Source: Tubulanus polymorphus
Lineage: Eukaryota; Animalia; Nemertea
Length of the DNA stretch: 64,000 nucleotides
NCBI RefSeq assembly: GCF_964204645.1
Contig: NC_134031.1
Span: forward strand, 10,790,088 to 10,854,087
Reading direction: 5' to 3'
The translations under genes and the position numbers were made by a program. The notes beneath the pieces are model-generated. The model was not told the DNA's origin. It made no database searches and worked only from the letters and a program-made list of their open reading frames with translations. Every line of letters begins with the position of its first letter. The stretch's first letter is position 1. Positions 62,701 to 64,000 of the stretch are shown here, in pieces.

Positions 62701-64000
62701 TGGGCAATGATGGAACCACAACCTTATGGAGTATTTGAATTAACTGAAGTTTTACAGAATGAAAATAATGATAAATTTGATTGGAAGAAACGAATTCTAG
62801 ATATTGCAGATGATTCAGATACTGGGTACTTCTTTGTTGTAGATTTAGAATATCCCGAACATATTAAATTTAAATCTAGAAATCTAGCATACTGTCCAGA
62901 ACATAAAACTGTAACTCATGAAGAATTATCAAATTACCAAAAAAGAATTAAAACCCGGCAATCATATTCATACAGAAAAGTTAATGGTAACTCAAGAAGA
63001 TAAATATAATTATATGTAGTACATTATAGAATGTTAAAGTTTTATCTAAAACAAGGAATGGTTCTAAAAAAGTACATAGATATGTTTCATTCAGTCAATC
63101 TAAGTGGTTAGAAAAATATATAGATTTTAACACCAAACAGAGAACTAAAGCTAAAACTGATTTCGAGAAAGATTTTTTCAAGTTAATGAATAATGCATTC
63201 TATGGTAAGACTTGTGAAAATATTAGAAATAGAAATGATATTGAGTTAGTTAGTAATGGTAAAAGAATTAGACATTTACAATCATATCCTAAGTTCATTG
63301 GTAACAGAATATTTGATGAAAATTTAGCTGCAGTTAAGATGAGAAGAACATCAATGAAATTTAATAAACCAATCTATGTTGGCGCTTCAGTTGTAGAATT
63401 ATCAAAATTACTAATGTATGAATTCTATTATAATGTATTACAACCACTTTTTGGAGAAAAACATATAGAAATCTTATATTTTGATACAGATTCTTACATA
63501 TCAAAGATAAAAACTGATAACACAACTGATGATTTAAATACATGAAAACATCATTTTGATTTTAGTAACTATCCTAAAAATCATGAATTGTTAAGCAATG
63601 ATAATAAAAAAGTTCCAGGGAAGTTTAAGGATGAATTAGGAGGTGAAGAAATGATAGAGTTCATTGGTATTAGATGTAAAATGTATTCATATAAAACTAA
63701 AGAACATGAAGCTAAAAAGTTAAAAGGAATAACCAAAAGTGTAGTAGAAAAGAATATTCATTTCAAAGATTACATTAATTGTATATTCAATGAAGAAGTT
63801 AGAAAACATGAGATGAGATGTTTGAGATCTGAAGATCATGAAATGTTTATTGAAGAAATTGAAAAGATAAGTCTAAACCCATTTGATGATAAAAGATATA
63901 TTTTAGATGATGGAATTCATACAGTTGCTTATGGTTGTAATTTAGATGAATACTTAAAATTTAAAAGAGAAGAAACAAAAGAGGACGAGATAATGAAAAG
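59790..64000 (+). mobile_element. Polinton/Maverick C (partial, inverted relative to A and B)
   Basis: AGTAATAGGGG terminus, 218-bp hairpin (59790-60007), TIR to ~60250, then pPolB. Confidence 0.93.
60256..64000 (+). pseudogene. pPolB of Polinton C, frameshifted, endonuclease VII-like segment deleted
   Basis: ORFs 60256-61485, 61467-61862, 61780-62253, 62284-63003, 63186-63545. Confidence 0.93.

Noticed and set aside
59790-64000. Polinton C as merely A's inverted right end
   Set aside because: C independently contains the pPolB segment that A also retains (58870-59789), with sequence differences, and has a different hairpin

Overview
Eukaryotic (animal-like, probably invertebrate) repeat-rich region with no confidently identifiable host gene. 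1-20357: decayed transposable elements, including a ~9.6 kb hAT-like DNA transposon (5471-15105; 7-bp TSD; ~500-bp patchy TIRs; frameshifted transposase), a MITE, Helitron-like ends and LINE 3' remnants. 20358-64000: a nested stack of three related Polinton/Maverick (adintovirus-like) endogenous viruses. Polinton A (starts 20358) is interrupted by a Mutator-like TIR element (34838-58689, 10-bp TSD). That element holds a DIRS retrotransposon (~35118-56598), which in turn holds a complete 16.6 kb Polinton B (39579-56179, 6-bp TSD GATGAC). Polinton C (59790 to beyond 64000) is inserted in the opposite orientation into A's polymerase gene. The most striking signals are (i) nearly every Polinton gene starts at TAAATG, preceded by either a T-run at 6-8 nt or a TTTAATAAAAA-N9 box, which is poxvirus late/intermediate promoter architecture, and (ii) each Polinton end is a 190-320 bp imperfect fold-back hairpin whose arms co-vary between copies. 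Together they suggest a virophage-like Polinton transcribed by a cytoplasmic poxvirus/NCLDV helper (inference). All protein assignments are from motif recognition by eye; no searches were run.
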